Assembly: GCF_006345805.1 (NCBI RefSeq)
Contig: NC_043011.1
Span: 13,032,464 to 13,096,463 of the forward strand
Direction: 5' to 3'
Source: Octopus sinensis
Taxonomy: Eukaryota
DNA length: 64,000 nt
Shown: piece by piece, positions 13,300-26,339 of the stretch
Numbering within the stretch: the first letter of the stretch is position 1
Layout: the number at the start of each line of letters is the position of its first letter
Notes under the pieces: model-generated
Told to the model about the DNA's origin: nothing
What the model saw: only the letters and a program-made list of their open reading frames with translations
Databases searched by the model: none
Translations under genes and position numbers: made by a program

Positions 13300-14008
13300 T
13301 TTTAAAAAATGGGTGCATTAATAAAAATATATACGAAAGACATATAAAATAAAATATAACATCCTATTTTGGGTCATTTATAAATAATCAAGGTAATATA
13401 AATAATCAAGGTAATCCTATGCAATACAATAACATGAAAACAAAGTTTGTAGGTTTTTCCTAATATATATGTAGAAACATAAGACTTTGCTATACGGATT
13501 AAGATCCGCATAGCTTGGAAACAAAAACAAAATCCATCGTAGCGCTCATCGTTCAAGAGTCAAAATCAAAATCAAAAATACAAAATATATACTCTATCCA
13601 TATGGTATATTTATATTCGACATTTTAAATTTAGCCGCGTGCCTACATAAGTTCATTAGCTCACTTCTTTGATTCAAAGAATTATTGTCTTTGAATAAGA
13701 TGTACATTTTTTTCTAATAGACAAAGCTTGCACTTGAAATTATTTTTGTAAGCTCCATGCCTGTATGGTGCCGCCCTGTCCAGAATGCTCCATGTCACGT
13801 TGAAAGGTGGGGCTTCCTTTTATTTTAGTTCCCAGACATATTTTGCTAGGCTGGTTTTCTTCCTATTCTCTGGTTATTTAAATGAATTTTTATGAGAATA
13901 AAATCTTGTTTTAAATGAATTTTCCGAAGCCCCTGTGTATGTCTTGTATTCCGATGAGCCTTCCACTTGCAAGACATACACAGGGGCTTCGGAAAATTCA
14001 TTTAAAAC
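13300..14008 (-). mobile_element. 5'-truncated Penelope-like element (GIY-YIG endonuclease end) with a 39-bp 5' inversion
   Basis: The minus strand reads YKTYTGASENSFKTRFYSHKNSF..TSLAKYVWELK...CKLCLLEK...LNQRSELMNLCRH. Perfect 39-bp inverted repeat at 13908-13946 and 13970-14008. The 3' limit is approximate. Confidence 0.85.
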
Positions 14009-14099
14009 GTGCGACGAAAGATTTCCGAACAATGGACATGAGTTAAAATAATGAAATAAGAACAGTAATAAACGTGTGAAGAAAAATTATGTATTACGT

Positions 14100-14105
14100 A
14101 AGTAC

Positions 14106-14136
<31 letters not shown>

Positions 14137-14772
14137 TGTATGTATGTGTGTATGTATGTATGTATATATGTGTGTGTATGGATGTATGTATGTGTGTGTG
14201 TATGTATTTATGTGTGTATGTATGTATGTACGTATGTGTGTGTGTGTATGGATGTATGTATGTATGTGTGTATGTGTGTATGTATATATGTATATATGTG
14301 TGTATGGATGTATGTATGTGTGCGCATGTATGTATGTTTGTATGTATGCATGTACGTATGTATGTATGTATGCATGTATTATGTATGTATGTATGCGTGT
14401 ATGTATGTGTGTGTGTATGCATGTATGCATGTATGTATGTATGTATGCATGTATGTATGTATGTGTGTATGTATATATGTATGTGTGTATGTATGTATGT
14501 ATGTGTGTGCATGTATGTATGTATGTATGTATGTTGTATGTATGTATGTATGTTGCATGTATGTATGTATGCATGTATTATGTATGTATGCATATATGTA
14601 TGTATGCATGTATTATGTATGTATGCATATATGTATGTATGTATGCATGCATGTATGCATGTATGTATGTATGCATGTATGTATGTATGCATGTATTATG
14701 TATGTATGCATATATGTATGTATGTATGCATGCATGTATGCATGTATGTATGTATGCACGTATGTATGTAGG
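14100..14772. repeat. Degenerate (TATG)n microsatellite
   Basis: Direct reading. It explains the long MYVC/HTYI ORFs. Confidence 0.95.
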
Positions 14773-16037
14773 CATATGAAAATTCTTGAGAAAGCACGTG
14801 ACTTAGTGGTTACGGTATTCCGGCTCACGATCATAATGTCGTGGGTTCGATTCATGGCGGAGCATTGTGACCTAGAACAAGACATTTTATTTCATGTTGC
14901 TCCAGTCAACTTAGCTGACACAAGTGAGCAGTACCTGTCATTCAAAGTTCCAGCCTTGTCACATTCTGTCTCACGTTGACTCTCCCTGAGAACCACGTTA
15001 AGAGTACGCGTGTCTGTGGAATGCTCAGCCACTTGCACGTTAATTTCATTCGAGTTAAAGACGAGAAGTTTTATAATAAAACATGTAAATGTCTCCCGAC
15101 TCCTTGTGACACGCATTTGGCACCGACCGAGAAAGACCATTTTTTTTTCACCCTTATGCAAAGTATTAAGTTCACTGAGAAAATTAACCCTTTCGAAAGG
15201 GATTTGAACACCGGTGTGAGAGACGTCAGTGATTCAAGGGTTCCTACCACCGTTTTTTACTCAACATAGACACTAAGTATTACCTTAAAACAAGCCGGAA
15301 TGTATTGAATGATGTCAACAATTCGTGGTTTAATGAGAACTGCAGACTCCTGATATTCCTTATTTCACACAGAAAGATCATAAATCAGATGTCGATAATA
15401 AAGTAATTATTAGGATGATCCGCCCAATTAAATTGTTCCTTTAGCCTTATAGAGTAATTCCTTTACAGTCATTGATTGTTTCAAAGGTATCCCTAATAAG
15501 AGATTTACAAAATTTATGGCTGACCGTTGGTAAGGAGAGACACACAAATAAGAAAGAAGAAAGCAAAGGACCACTGATGCGGTCACAGGAGTGTGACGAA
15601 AGAACTCTGGCCGAATGTAAAAAATAAATAATGCTTAAGCAAAGTAACACCAAATATATAGTGCGTGTGTTTTTATTGGCTAAACTGGCAAAATGACCAT
15701 TCCTAAATACAAAAATTTATTCAGTTTGATATAAATAATTATTGCACCTCCATCACATTAACACTGTTATTCAAGGTTTTAAATTTTGCTAAAACCGTTA
15801 ACAGATATTAATGATTTCGTGATTGATATAATTATACATGTCAAGAAAGCTGCTATAAGCTACGATAATTCTATTTGGATACAGAAAAATCTACAAATAC
15901 TTTCTTTTATGTAAGCATAACTGAAGTCGCTACTTTATTGGTTTATTTATTGTTTCCTCTCAGAGATGAATTCCGTAAGCTAGGTGGTGGCCTATTGATT
16001 ACGACCAGTTTCAGCCCCCGAGAACCTGACTGGTTTC

Positions 16038-16450
16038 GGATCATTTCGGTTTGAACGGCAGTTTTTCTAGCGGTGTCATATGAAATTGTCACCCATAATT
16101 ATGACCCTAGTATCGATCTATTGCATTTCAATCTGTTTTAGGGTTAGGGTTAGTTAGGGTTAGGGTTAGGGTTAGGGTTAGGGGTGGGGGGAAGGGTATC
16201 TGTTTTTTCTTCACAAATGTAAATAAACCCAATCTGTTTCTTAAACGAGGGACATATTCATACGGCACAGAATGTTTTTTTACCTCAATAGACGTCATCG
16301 ATTGGTTGAAATTGCAGAACTATAGAATTTTCTCAATAAAGCCAAGAGAAAAAGATGTTTTATAAACACATTCTACCAGTATACGAAGTTTAAAATTTTT
16401 TAGTTACCTAGAAATTATGTTAAAAACTGCCGTTCAAACCGAAAAGATCC
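16038..16450 (+). mobile_element. Telomeric-repeat MITE, copy 3
   Basis: Same TIR. 8-bp TSD CTGGTTTC (16030-16037 and 16451-16458). About 7 TTAGGG units. Confidence 0.92.
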
Positions 16451-16458
16451 CTGGTTTC

Positions 16459-17370
16459 TTCAAATGTCTTTGGCACGAATCTAATTATAGTAAATTTTTG
16501 GATGTGACCCTGAATCTTTGTAGCTCTGTAATGTATCATTTTGCCCACGTAAACACGGATGAGACCATTTCATAAATATTTTTTGATCTTTAAACCATCC
16601 AAACTTATAAAAAGTTGATAAAAATGCCTCATTTAAATTATTTTGGCTGTCAGCTAACGAACTGATTTTTAACGTTTACTCAACCTATTACAAGTCATTT
16701 ACTCAACGTGATTTTAAGGAGTTGTATACTATTAACTACAAAAATGAAATTAGAAAGAATAAATCTATAGATATTATTTTGTATAACCTTCAATTTAATA
16801 GGGAAATGGCAACACCTATAGCCAAATTCTTCTTTACTTAACATTTTCCGTTAGAACATAAATATTGCAATATCTTTAACAGGAATACTGTTAATTGTCT
16901 TATTTTACATCTCCTAACCTCGCGCAGAGCATTGTGTTATTGAATGTAGCTAAACTGACAAGCAGTAGTAATAATAGAACAAATTACATTAGCAGTAGCT
17001 ATAATACATTTTATAATTGTGTTAAGAAGAAGAACTTGCCCTTTAGATGGGAATTTCCTAATTAATGATGTAATATATAGGTATGCTGTTAACGTCCACA
17101 CAACTAGTAATTCTTAAGAAGGTCTAATAGCTAAATAGATTTAAAGGCCAATATCAAATACACTCCTTAATTTCGAAATCCAGCAAAAAGGAATATGATA
17201 TCACTTTTGGCATATATGTGGAGTCAGAAGAATAGGCACATCTAATGCGGGATCAAATGGAAGATTGTAGCTTTGCGATTTGTGTGCGGTGAAAGCAATT
17301 AAGATGCTTTCTAAAAAGGATTCGCTCTTGAATTCTGAACTCATTTCAGCATGTAAGCATAAGACTTACA
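16459..17370 (+). mobile_element. Highly decayed Penelope-like element (RT thumb, linker, GIY-YIG)
   Basis: Fragments VNFLDVTLNL, KYCNIFNRNTV, TCPLDGN.LINDVIY, YMWSQK and LLNSELISACKHK occur in PLE order, with many stops and frameshifts. Confidence 0.75.
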
Positions 17371-17375
17371 GGACA

Positions 17376-18925
17376 TAATTTAGATAACTTAGATAACTTA
17401 GATTGGTTTCGGTCATTATCGGCCCAGGCCATGACTAACTCAATAGCACCACTTGGGAAAGTCTTTTAATTAATTATTTCGATATACCATGGACCACTCA
17501 AGCAGAGAGTTGTTGTTTGAGACGTATCCAGGTGTAGGTGGTTTGTCCAGTATTTCCTGGAGGAATTTGTCCAGGTACCGTTTGAAAGTTGTGGGGTCAT
17601 TTTCTACTTTAATTTCTTTCGGGATAACATTGAAAAGAGCAGGACCATTTGCAGTGAAGAAATTATGCCGCAATATTCTTATGTGATGTGATTTCGACCT
17701 TTGCAGGGGACGCATTGCACGGGGGCCTATTTGCGGTGAATTGTAAACATATTACCGATATCATTTGGATAATATTGGTGGAATATTTTCCACATGGTGC
17801 AAATAATGTATTGCTCACGGAGGCATTGCAGAGAATAGAGTTTCAGCTGCTTAATTCGAGCTCAATGATCAAGTCCCATCATGCCATTTATTTATTTATT
17901 TTTTTTTAGTGATTGATCTTGTGGCGCTTCGATCCTCATTATGCCTTGTCTTTTGTGGTGGGACCACAATGGGAAGCAGTATTCGAGGTGGAGCCTAGCG
18001 CATGTGAATAAGAGAAGGATGATAGTTTCATGATCCCTAAATTGAAAAGTTCTGAGGATACATGAGCACATTCTGCGGACAACATCGACTTTTTTTGATG
18101 TGCACACTCCAGCTAATGTTGCTGTCGACAAAGTCTCTAACATTATCCGGCGGTTCAAGTAATTCTCCCGATGGTAGTGTATATGGTTGTTTTGGAGTGT
18201 GCCATCTTTTCCAAAGTGGATGAGCGCAAATTTTTCTTCGTTCAGCTGCATATTGTTTTTTTTGTGCCCAGTGGGTTACTACGCATAGGTCCGATTGAAG
18301 CATCATTCGATCTTTTAATGACTTTCTGAAGCTTAGAGTCATCTGCAAATACTTTAATGGTGTTAGGGTTAGGGTTCAATGGAATCTGCAATGTCATTGA
18401 TATAGACAATAGAAAGAAGTGGACCCTGCGGGACTCCGCTGATAACTTTTGCTGGTCTTGAGTGAATGCCATCAACCACAGCATTCTGGGTCCTGTTTGT
18501 TAGGAAATACTTAATACATTGAAGTAACTCTCTCCCGACTCCAGTGTTGGATAGTTACCTTAACAGTATATTGTGGTCGACTCTGTCAAAGGCCATGCTG
18601 AAGTCAAGGTATATGACATCAGTGTTGGAGCCCTCACTTAGTGCATTTAAGATGTCATCAAAGTGGTGGAGGAGCTGTGTTAGACAGTCCCTCTCACCAC
18701 GAAAGCCATGCTGGTTGCAATTTAGAAGATAATTTTGCTCTAGGAAGGCTATCATTCTTGATCTCAACACTCTCTCAAATATTTTGATATGTGCGGTGAG
18801 TGAAATTGGACGGTAGTTTACTGGGAGTTTTAAAAATAGGAACGATTGACTGGGAGAGAAAGTTTTGAGAGATGAAACCTGTTTCCGGTGATTTCCTCCA
18901 GAGATTTGCAAGAGAAGCTGCAAGT
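17376..18925 (-). mobile_element. CR1/L2-group LINE, 5'-truncated RT and 3' UTR
   Basis: NYRPISLT..KIFER..QHGFR..YLDFSMAFDRVDH, then KVFADD, then LEYCFPLWS, then FKRYLDKFL. It ends in a short (TCTAAGTTA)n tail and has multiple frameshifts. Confidence 0.9.
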
Positions 18926-18929
18926 TGCT

Positions 18930-19300
18930 ATCTGCACTCCTGAACTATCTTTTCGCTCACTATTCCTTATCTTAATACCCCCCCCCCAGTTCCCTTTCTA
19001 ATACACTTAGCTCTCCACATTCAATCATTCAACTTCTCTCTTTTAACACCTCAAATGTAAGATCTCTTCCTTGAAGACGGAGGCTTGTCTCATCCTATGA
19101 CCGCTGAGCCCCAGAAATAGCTGTTGGATTTGTAATTCTTTTCTTACACCCCTTTAATTCTCTCTATTGTTTGTATTCTGTATAAGTTGGACCTTTTATA
19201 TGTAAACATATATACATTTTTTTGTACTTCATGCACTTATATACTTTATATATTGATCTGTCTAATTTTCTTATCCCCCACATTTCTGTCTGTCTGTCTA
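18930..19300 (+). mobile_element. PLE pLTR-like fragment with a degenerate hammerhead
   Basis: TCC-TTGAAGA...GAAA-TAGCTGT-T-GGA at 19067-19129 is a mutated CUGAAGA/GAAACAGCUGUH core. Confidence 0.5.
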
Positions 19301-19329
19301 TATGTATGTATGTATGTATTATGTATGTA

Positions 19330-19806
19330 TGCTCTATGGAGAACTTGTGAATGGAAGGAGACTCCGGCAGAATCCAAGGCTGCGATTTAAGGACTGTGTC
19401 AAGTCCTCATTAAAGGCTTGTGATATGCAGGACACTGACTGGGAGAACAATGCCTGACATCGCCACAGATGATGATGAAACCAGGTTAAGGGGGGATCGG
19501 ACACTTTGAGAGAACACGTATCCAACATGAAGAACTTAAGCGAGCTGCGCGAAAGCGAGCTGCGCGAAAGCGAGCTGCGCGAAAGCGAGCTGCGCGAAAG
19601 CGAGCTGCGCGAAAGCGCGCGGCTCGTATAGTGAATGGGGAAAGCTTGGTCTGCAATGTTTGCAGTCGTGTATGCTTGTCAGGAGCAGGGCTCATTAGAC
19701 ACCAACGTAGCCGCAAATGCAAAATATAAGTTAGTCCTATAGCGCACAATGTTCCTGAAGGTCGGCAATGGTCTTCCTCGGTCACTAGTGGACGGCCATC
19801 ATCATG
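19330..19806 (+). mobile_element. RTE-clade LINE 3' end with a 15-bp tandem expansion
   Basis: LYGELVNGRR..PRLRFKDCVKSSLKAC...WE, then a C-terminal CNVCSRVCLSGAGLIRHQR zinc-finger-like motif. CGAGCTGCGCGAAAG x5 at 19541-19615. Confidence 0.8.
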
Positions 19807-20071
19807 TATGTATGTATGCATGTATAAATGGCTGGATGCATGTGTACGTATATAACCTAAACTCTGTTATAAGTGTCTACATGTCTGTATGTTTACATAA
19901 ATAAATGGTGAGGTTGAGTTTTTGCACACATTTGTAAATGTATCACTCACGCGTAGATTGCGTTTATTTATGCATTTTTCTAATTTATTCTAATATATCA
20001 TTTTTGCTCTATCAGCTATCTATTTATTTATTTAGTTGGGTGGTAATATATTTATTATACTAGAAGATGCG

Positions 20072-20102
<31 letters not shown>

Positions 20103-20121
20103 TGTGTGTGTGTGTGTGGTG

Positions 20122-20166
<45 letters not shown>

Positions 20167-21363
20167 TTTAGGTATGTGTCTATTCACTTCACATGAAATG
20201 ATATCATTTGATAATTCCATCAACCTTTTGTTGTTTGACGTCACATTTCATGGAAAAATTATTTTAACTGTTATGACTCAAATTTGTTTCAAATGTTTGA
20301 ATCACCAAGAAACATTTTGCTATATTCAGTTTCATTGCTAAAACATTAAATCTATAAAATCTAAATGTGTGTGTTTGTGTGTTTAGTTACGTCATATTTT
20401 GTGCATTTCATTAACAACAAATATTTCCAAATAGAACAGCAATAATCATTTTATGCTTTTCAAAGTGTCTGATATAACCTAAACTCTGTTGAACCTGGAA
20501 AACGCTTTCACACCAACACCACTGTTTTGAAACATTTGAAGGGCTAGCCTATGTCCAAACGCCAAAAGCTGTTCTTGACCGAAAGTCAACCCTAATTGAA
20601 AATTCCAATAGTGACCATCCAATCATTTTAACGATGTGTAGGTCATTATTTAATCTATTGTTTCCTCAAATAAGGTAAGGATACATTAGATAATAATTAA
20701 TCAGAAAGGACACGTTATGACGGTAAGGTGTGATTTGATGAAGACTTGGTTATTAAAAACAGTGGATTGTCCACGTAGGATGTTCTTGAAAGTAAAGGTG
20801 TGTTTCATCAGGTGAGATGGTTATTGGAGCCATGCTATGGAAAAATAAAAATGCAAGAAGCTATTCTAAACAATTCCCAGTAGCTATACTGCTGACAACA
20901 TTATTTTAAAAGAAATCTAGAGAAAATACTATAATTTCTCGCCAGTTTTAATTTGATTGTTTTTTGTTTTTTGTTTTTGGTTTCTTGATAGAACCTTGCC
21001 GAAAAATCTTTATCGAAGCCTAAATTAGATTTTAGAAAATTTATTTTAAAAGCACAATATCACAAGAATTTCAACTGAACATTCAACACTCTGTTGTAAA
21101 GAGAATACTAAAATATTGATTTAGACGAAATAAAAACATTGCTTGAAATTAAAGAAAGAAAGTTAACTTAATCAAACAATTTAAACTAGTCAAAAGTCAC
21201 CTCACTTAATAAAATCTGAAATCAAATAATTTACATGAGCTTGTTAAAAAACACGTTTTTCTTTTTGCAGAATCATGAAAAGCGAGTTATAACGGAATAC
21301 GTTTCAACTGGAAATCAAAACCAAATCATGAAACCTCTCAAGAATTTAAGGGCATTAGTGACT

Positions 21364-22162
21364 GGATCTTTTCGCTTTGACCGGAAGTTTTTTTTTATAA
21401 TTTCTATGTAACTAAACACTTTTAAACTTCGTAAACGGGTAGAATGTGTTTATAAAACATCTTTTTCTCTTGACTTTCTTGAGAAAATTCTGTAGTTTGT
21501 AAGATATTTTCTTCAATTTTGGCTATTTCAACCAATCAATGACGTCTATTGAGGTGAAAACATTATCTGCCGTAAAATTTTCTGGCGGTGAAATATGAAA
21601 ATTCCCTCGTTTAAGAAACAGATTGGGTTTATTTACATTTCTGAAGAAAAAAAGATACACTTCCACCCACCCCTAACCCTAACCTAAACCCTAACCCTAA
21701 CCCTAACCTTAACCCTAACCCTAACCCTAACCCAACCCCTAATCCTAACCCTAAAACAGATTGAAATGCAACAGATCGATACTAGGGCCATAATTATGGG
21801 TGGACACTAAATAGGGAACGGTTTTGTTATCCAGCTCTGTTTACGAGTGACCCCTCAGTTTATGGCCACAGGGTATCTTTTTTCTCATAAATAACAGGGA
21901 CAATTTCATATGACACCGGAAATAAATATTGTTGACACACTACGGCAGAAATCGTTTTCTCCTCAATAGACGTCATTGATTGGTTGAAATTGCCGAAATG
22001 CAAGAAATTAAAGACCAAATGTCTTACAAACTATAGAATTTTCTCAAGAAAGCCAAGAGAAAAAGATGTTTTATAAACACATTCTACCAGTATACGAAGT
22101 TTAAAATTTTTTAGTTACATAGAAATTATTTTTAAAAACTGCCGTTCAAACCGAAAAGATCC
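21364..22162. mobile_element. Telomeric-repeat MITE, long rearranged variant (copy 4)
   Basis: Same TIR, with both ends formed by the long arm (~250-bp inverted repeat). About 13 CCCTAA units at 21670-21753. 9-bp TSD TTAGTGACT/TTAATGACT. Confidence 0.85.
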
Positions 22163-22467
22163 TTAATGACTTAAGTGCTAAAATGGGAATTTTTTTAATG
22201 ACTTAGTTAGTGGAAGAAAGATAAAGTTCGTGACCCTTTTCAGAGTGAGCATTATTGGTGGGAAGAAGTTAGCCATATATACCAGAGACCTGGCCAGAAT
22301 GCTTGTTACAGGATGGACTTCAATAAGCGACCTAGGGAGTGGGTGAGGATGTTAAATCGGGTGATGTATTAAGACTTCCACCAAGACAATGGGGGAATTT
22401 GAACTGGATAGTGAAGTGTGGTGGGTAATGCTGATGTCAATAACCTATGATAAAATTTTATCATATA

Positions 22468-22832
22468 CTAGCACTATGACCCGGCAACGCCGGGTCATAG
22501 TGCTAGTGCATGCATATACAGCTGCGTGCGTGCGCACATACACGCGAGTACTGTCCAAGTCTCCGACCAACCACATACAGCTAGCTGGCATTCAATTGGC
22601 ATATCAAGTTTCGGGCATTTTGATTGGGTTTTGGATAGAAAATTCGCAAAAAAGTCACTTCTATTGATTTTTTAATGGCTTTGCGGGGTGACTGGGGAAA
22701 TGTAAAGATGTGCACGACCACCCTTTGATGGTTTTGAGTGACCATAGAAAGTGCAAGCCCTCTAACTGAAAAATTGTGGATTTGTATAAAGGATACACAC
22801 ACACAGACATTTTGCCGTTTATAAATAGAAGA
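22468..22832 (-). mobile_element. Non-autonomous Helitron
   Basis: The minus strand starts A|TC and ends CTAG|T with the hairpin CTAGCACTATGACCCGGC..GCCGGGTCATAGTGCTAG. A second copy lies at 29868-30300. Confidence 0.8.
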
Positions 22833-23272
22833 TAACATTAATACATTAATACTTTCTATTTATGCATCAGTTATGTTTTTCAACATTCACTTCTGTTAAA
22901 AAGGGCGGATTGCTGATGCTGAATATTATAATTATTTGATAATAGTCAATATAGATGTTCTCCAGTCATGTATAGATCGTATAGAGAGAGGAAGAAGAGA
23001 GGAAAAGGGAGAGAGAGAGAGAGAGAGTTTACTTAAGAGTTGTAGGCTTTGTGAAAGGCGATGAATAAAAGAACGCTGCGCGCGCACTTACATAGAGGGG
23101 GAGGAGAGGAGGGGATCGAGGAGGAGGAGGAGGAGGAGAAATGATAGAATAGTTGGTCATAGCTAACAAAAAAGGCTTGCAATAGTAACTACTTATTATA
23201 AATGTCTTCCTTAGGTACTCTTCGAGTAAGCTTTTCTTTATTTTAATCACGAAGACATTTACTAACTTCGGA

Positions 23273-23338
<66 letters not shown>

Positions 23339-23726
23339 GGGAAAATGTCGCGCTCGCACGATTGGTCTTTCACGCAACTTGACAGTTAAATTCACTCGCA
23401 AAGCATTAGTCGGCGTGGTGTTATAGTTGTAGACACATATCCAAGGTACTCTACAGGGGGGAGTAAATCCGAAACACTTGGTTGTGAAGCAAACTTTTTA
23501 ACCACACAGCCATGCCTGCGCCTAATGGAATAAAACTTTATGACAAGCCTATTCAGAGATTTTTGAAATTTTGAAATTTGAGTTGATTTGGATATAAGAT
23601 CAAGTTCTGTAGCACGAAAGTTGTTGTTGATGTCGTTGTTGCTACCAGGCCGATCGATGACGTAGTTTCCCAAGAAATCTCGTTGCCTCCAGAACAGTTT
23701 AAGACAAAAATGTTATCTCTTTCTTT

Positions 23727-24125
23727 CTCTCTTTTACTTGTTTCAGTCATTTGACTGCGGCCATGCTGGAGCACCGTCTTTAGTCGAGCAAATCGACCCC
23801 AGGACTTATTCTTTGTAAGCCTAGTACTTATTCTATCGGTCGCTTTTGCCGAACCGCTAAGTTACGGGGAGTTAAACACACCAGCATCGGTTGCCAAGCG
23901 TTGTTGGGGGGACAAACACAGACACACAAACACACACACTTATAAATATATATACATATATTCGACGGGCTTCTTTCAGTTTCCGTCTACCAAATTCACT
24001 CACAAGGCTTTGGTCGGCCCGAGGCTATAGTAGAAGACACTTGCCCAAGATACCACAGAGTGGGACTGAACCTGGGACCATGTGGTTCGTAAGCAAGCTA
24101 CTTACCACAAAGCCAATTCTACGCC
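23727..24125 (-). mobile_element. SINE family A
   Basis: High similarity to the other family A copies. Confidence 0.88.
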
Positions 24126-25140
24126 TATAGAGACTATATTTTAATGCAATACAAACTGCCATGCTCCAGCAAAGTTTCCCTCTGGAATTAAAATCAGACG
24201 CTGACAACATAATATGGCGCAGTTCAGCAATCATATCTGTTTAGAACTTCACCAAATTAACAATACAAATTCAGAAAACAAACAGAGAACAATTACCTTC
24301 GTAGATTTATAAAAACGAAACAAAAAAGCATTTTCTAGATTCCAATGTAAAAGAAGCGTTTGTATTTATTTACGAAGAAAAAACGGAAGTTGAAATACAT
24401 TTCTCCTATGATCGCCAACCTAGCAGAGGCATGCAATAGCGTTTGCACTATTACAAATATTCCAGCACTAAGATAATGTCTTCCATTTCGTAGTCAGTCA
24501 AAGAGCTCCTAAAAACGTCGTGGACAAACACTTTCTGTCCTTGCTGATCGGAGATGTCAGAGAGCATAGTTGTTGATAAGAAATTACGGGCAACATCATT
24601 ACTGACAGGAAGTATCATTTGACAGTGTTATTGATGACAAGTGCCAGATTCCACTGCTATTGATAAGAAATGATAGACACTAGAGACACGTGTCTTAATG
24701 CTAAAACATAACAGACACTAATATTGATAATAGTAAAGACTGCGAGCAAGCAGAATCGATAGCATGCCGGGTAAAATGCATTCTGAGTTGAGATCCGCCG
24801 AGACCCACCGAGGTCGACTGACTTTCATCTTTTCAGGGTCGATACAGAGTCGATGCGGTGGATGGAATCGACTTCCCTCCCCCCCACCTTCCCTGATGTT
24901 GCTGGCCTTGAACCAAAATTTGAAATGTTGTTTTGTTTTTTGTTTGTTCCTTTTCGAGCCTGGCTAATAAGGGCCAGTTTCCCGGTTTCTTGGCGTATAT
25001 TTTGTCTAGAGTCTGTATCTCCACATGTTCCTGAAATTCTTTAAACTTTAGGAATGTTAGATTTACTAATCTATTTTTATTACCATTATCATTATCTTTT
25101 AGCCATTGCTTGTTTCTCACAACCTTTAAGACAGTACAAG

Positions 25141-25447
25141 TTTTTTTGTTCCTTCTCGAGCCATGCCTGGCTCATAAGGGCCAGTTTCCCGGTTTCCTTG
25201 GCGTATACGTTCCCCACCTGGACGGGACGCCGGTCCATCGCAGGTGAGCTGCAAGATGCAGGAGGAAAGAGTGAGAGAAAGTTGGGGCGAAAGAGTCAGC
25301 AGAAGTTTCGCCATTACCTTCTGCCGGAGCCGCGTGGAGCTTAGGTGTTTCGCTCATAAACACACACATCGTCCGGTCTGAGATTCAAACCCGCGATCCC
25401 TCGACTGCGAGTCCGCTGCTCTAACCACTAGGCCATGTGCCTCCACA
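25141..25447 (-). mobile_element. SINE family C' (same head as C, V-domain-like body)
   Basis: Body CCTGCGATGGACCGGCGTCCCGTCCAGG resembles the V-SINE domain. Together with a partial tail copy it lies within a family B SINE tail, flanked by a duplicated CAAAATTTGAAAT. Confidence 0.8.
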
Positions 25448-26021
25448 AAATTTGAAATCAATATTGATAATAGGAAATGTCAGATAGCAAAGTAGTAATA
25501 GGAAATAAGTTTAATAATACGAAAAGGGTTTTCATCTAAAATGTCAGGTACCAATTAGATGAGTTCAAATATGTTTCGGGCATATTTGAACTGTAAAAAG
25601 TCCGTTTTTACTACTGTTTGACGTAGAAAAAAATCTCGCTTCAGGCAACGGTTGTTAGAAACAGTAACACGGTACTCTCTGACAGACCGATGAATGCATT
25701 TCTCGCTTTTTGATAATTCTCTACAATTTATGTGGCAAACTGCACGGAAAATATCGTTTTCATGAGGTAAATGTCCCAAGCATATTTGATCTGATCTAAT
25801 TGTTTGTTTACTCACAACATTGCATTCGTGTGCCTACTACAATATTCAGATACCAGTGTTATGGATAGGGAATGTCAGAGACCTATTTTTATGGTTTGGA
25901 AATTGATCGCAAGAATTGTTCATGGAAAGTGTCAGACAACGTTTATCAGTAGGAAATGTGTGAAACCATGTTATTAAACGTTGGACATCAAAGTTGTTGT
26001 TGGTGTTGTTGCTGTTGTTGT

Positions 26022-26318
26022 TTGCTTCTTCTCGAGCCACACCCGGCTCACAAGGGCCGGTTTCCCGGTTTCTTGGCGCACAGGTTCCCCACCTGGACGG
26101 GACGCCAGTCCAGCGCAGGTGAGCTGCAAGATGCAGGAGGAAAAAGTGAGAGAAAGTCGGGGCGAAAGAGTCAGCAGAAGTTTCGCGACTACCTTCTGCC
26201 GGAGCCGCGTGGAGCTTAGGTGTTTCGCTCATAAACACACACATCGCCCGGTCTGAGATTCGAACTCGCGATCCCTCGACAGCGAGTCCGCTGCTCTAAC
26301 CACTTGGCCATGTGCCTC
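26022..26318 (-). mobile_element. SINE family C'
   Basis: Near-identical to 25141-25447 and 49848-50150. Confidence 0.82.
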
Positions 26319-26339
26319 AAAGTTATAGACAAGAACTGA

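Noticed and set aside
13530-13560. CGATGA on the minus strand downstream of the PLE endonuclease as a hammerhead core
   Set aside because: No matching GAAAC..UH half or stem I could be found nearby.
14002-14979. ORFs of 190-296 aa
   Set aside because: They are (TATG)n artefacts.
15964-15974. 11-nt segment between TTTCCTCTCAG and GTAAGC (microexon-like)
   Set aside because: Such motifs arise by chance in 64 kb, and there is no supporting gene context.
21670-21753. Telomeric tract as a chromosome end or fusion site
   Set aside because: It lies inside a TIR/TSD-bounded MITE present in seven copies.
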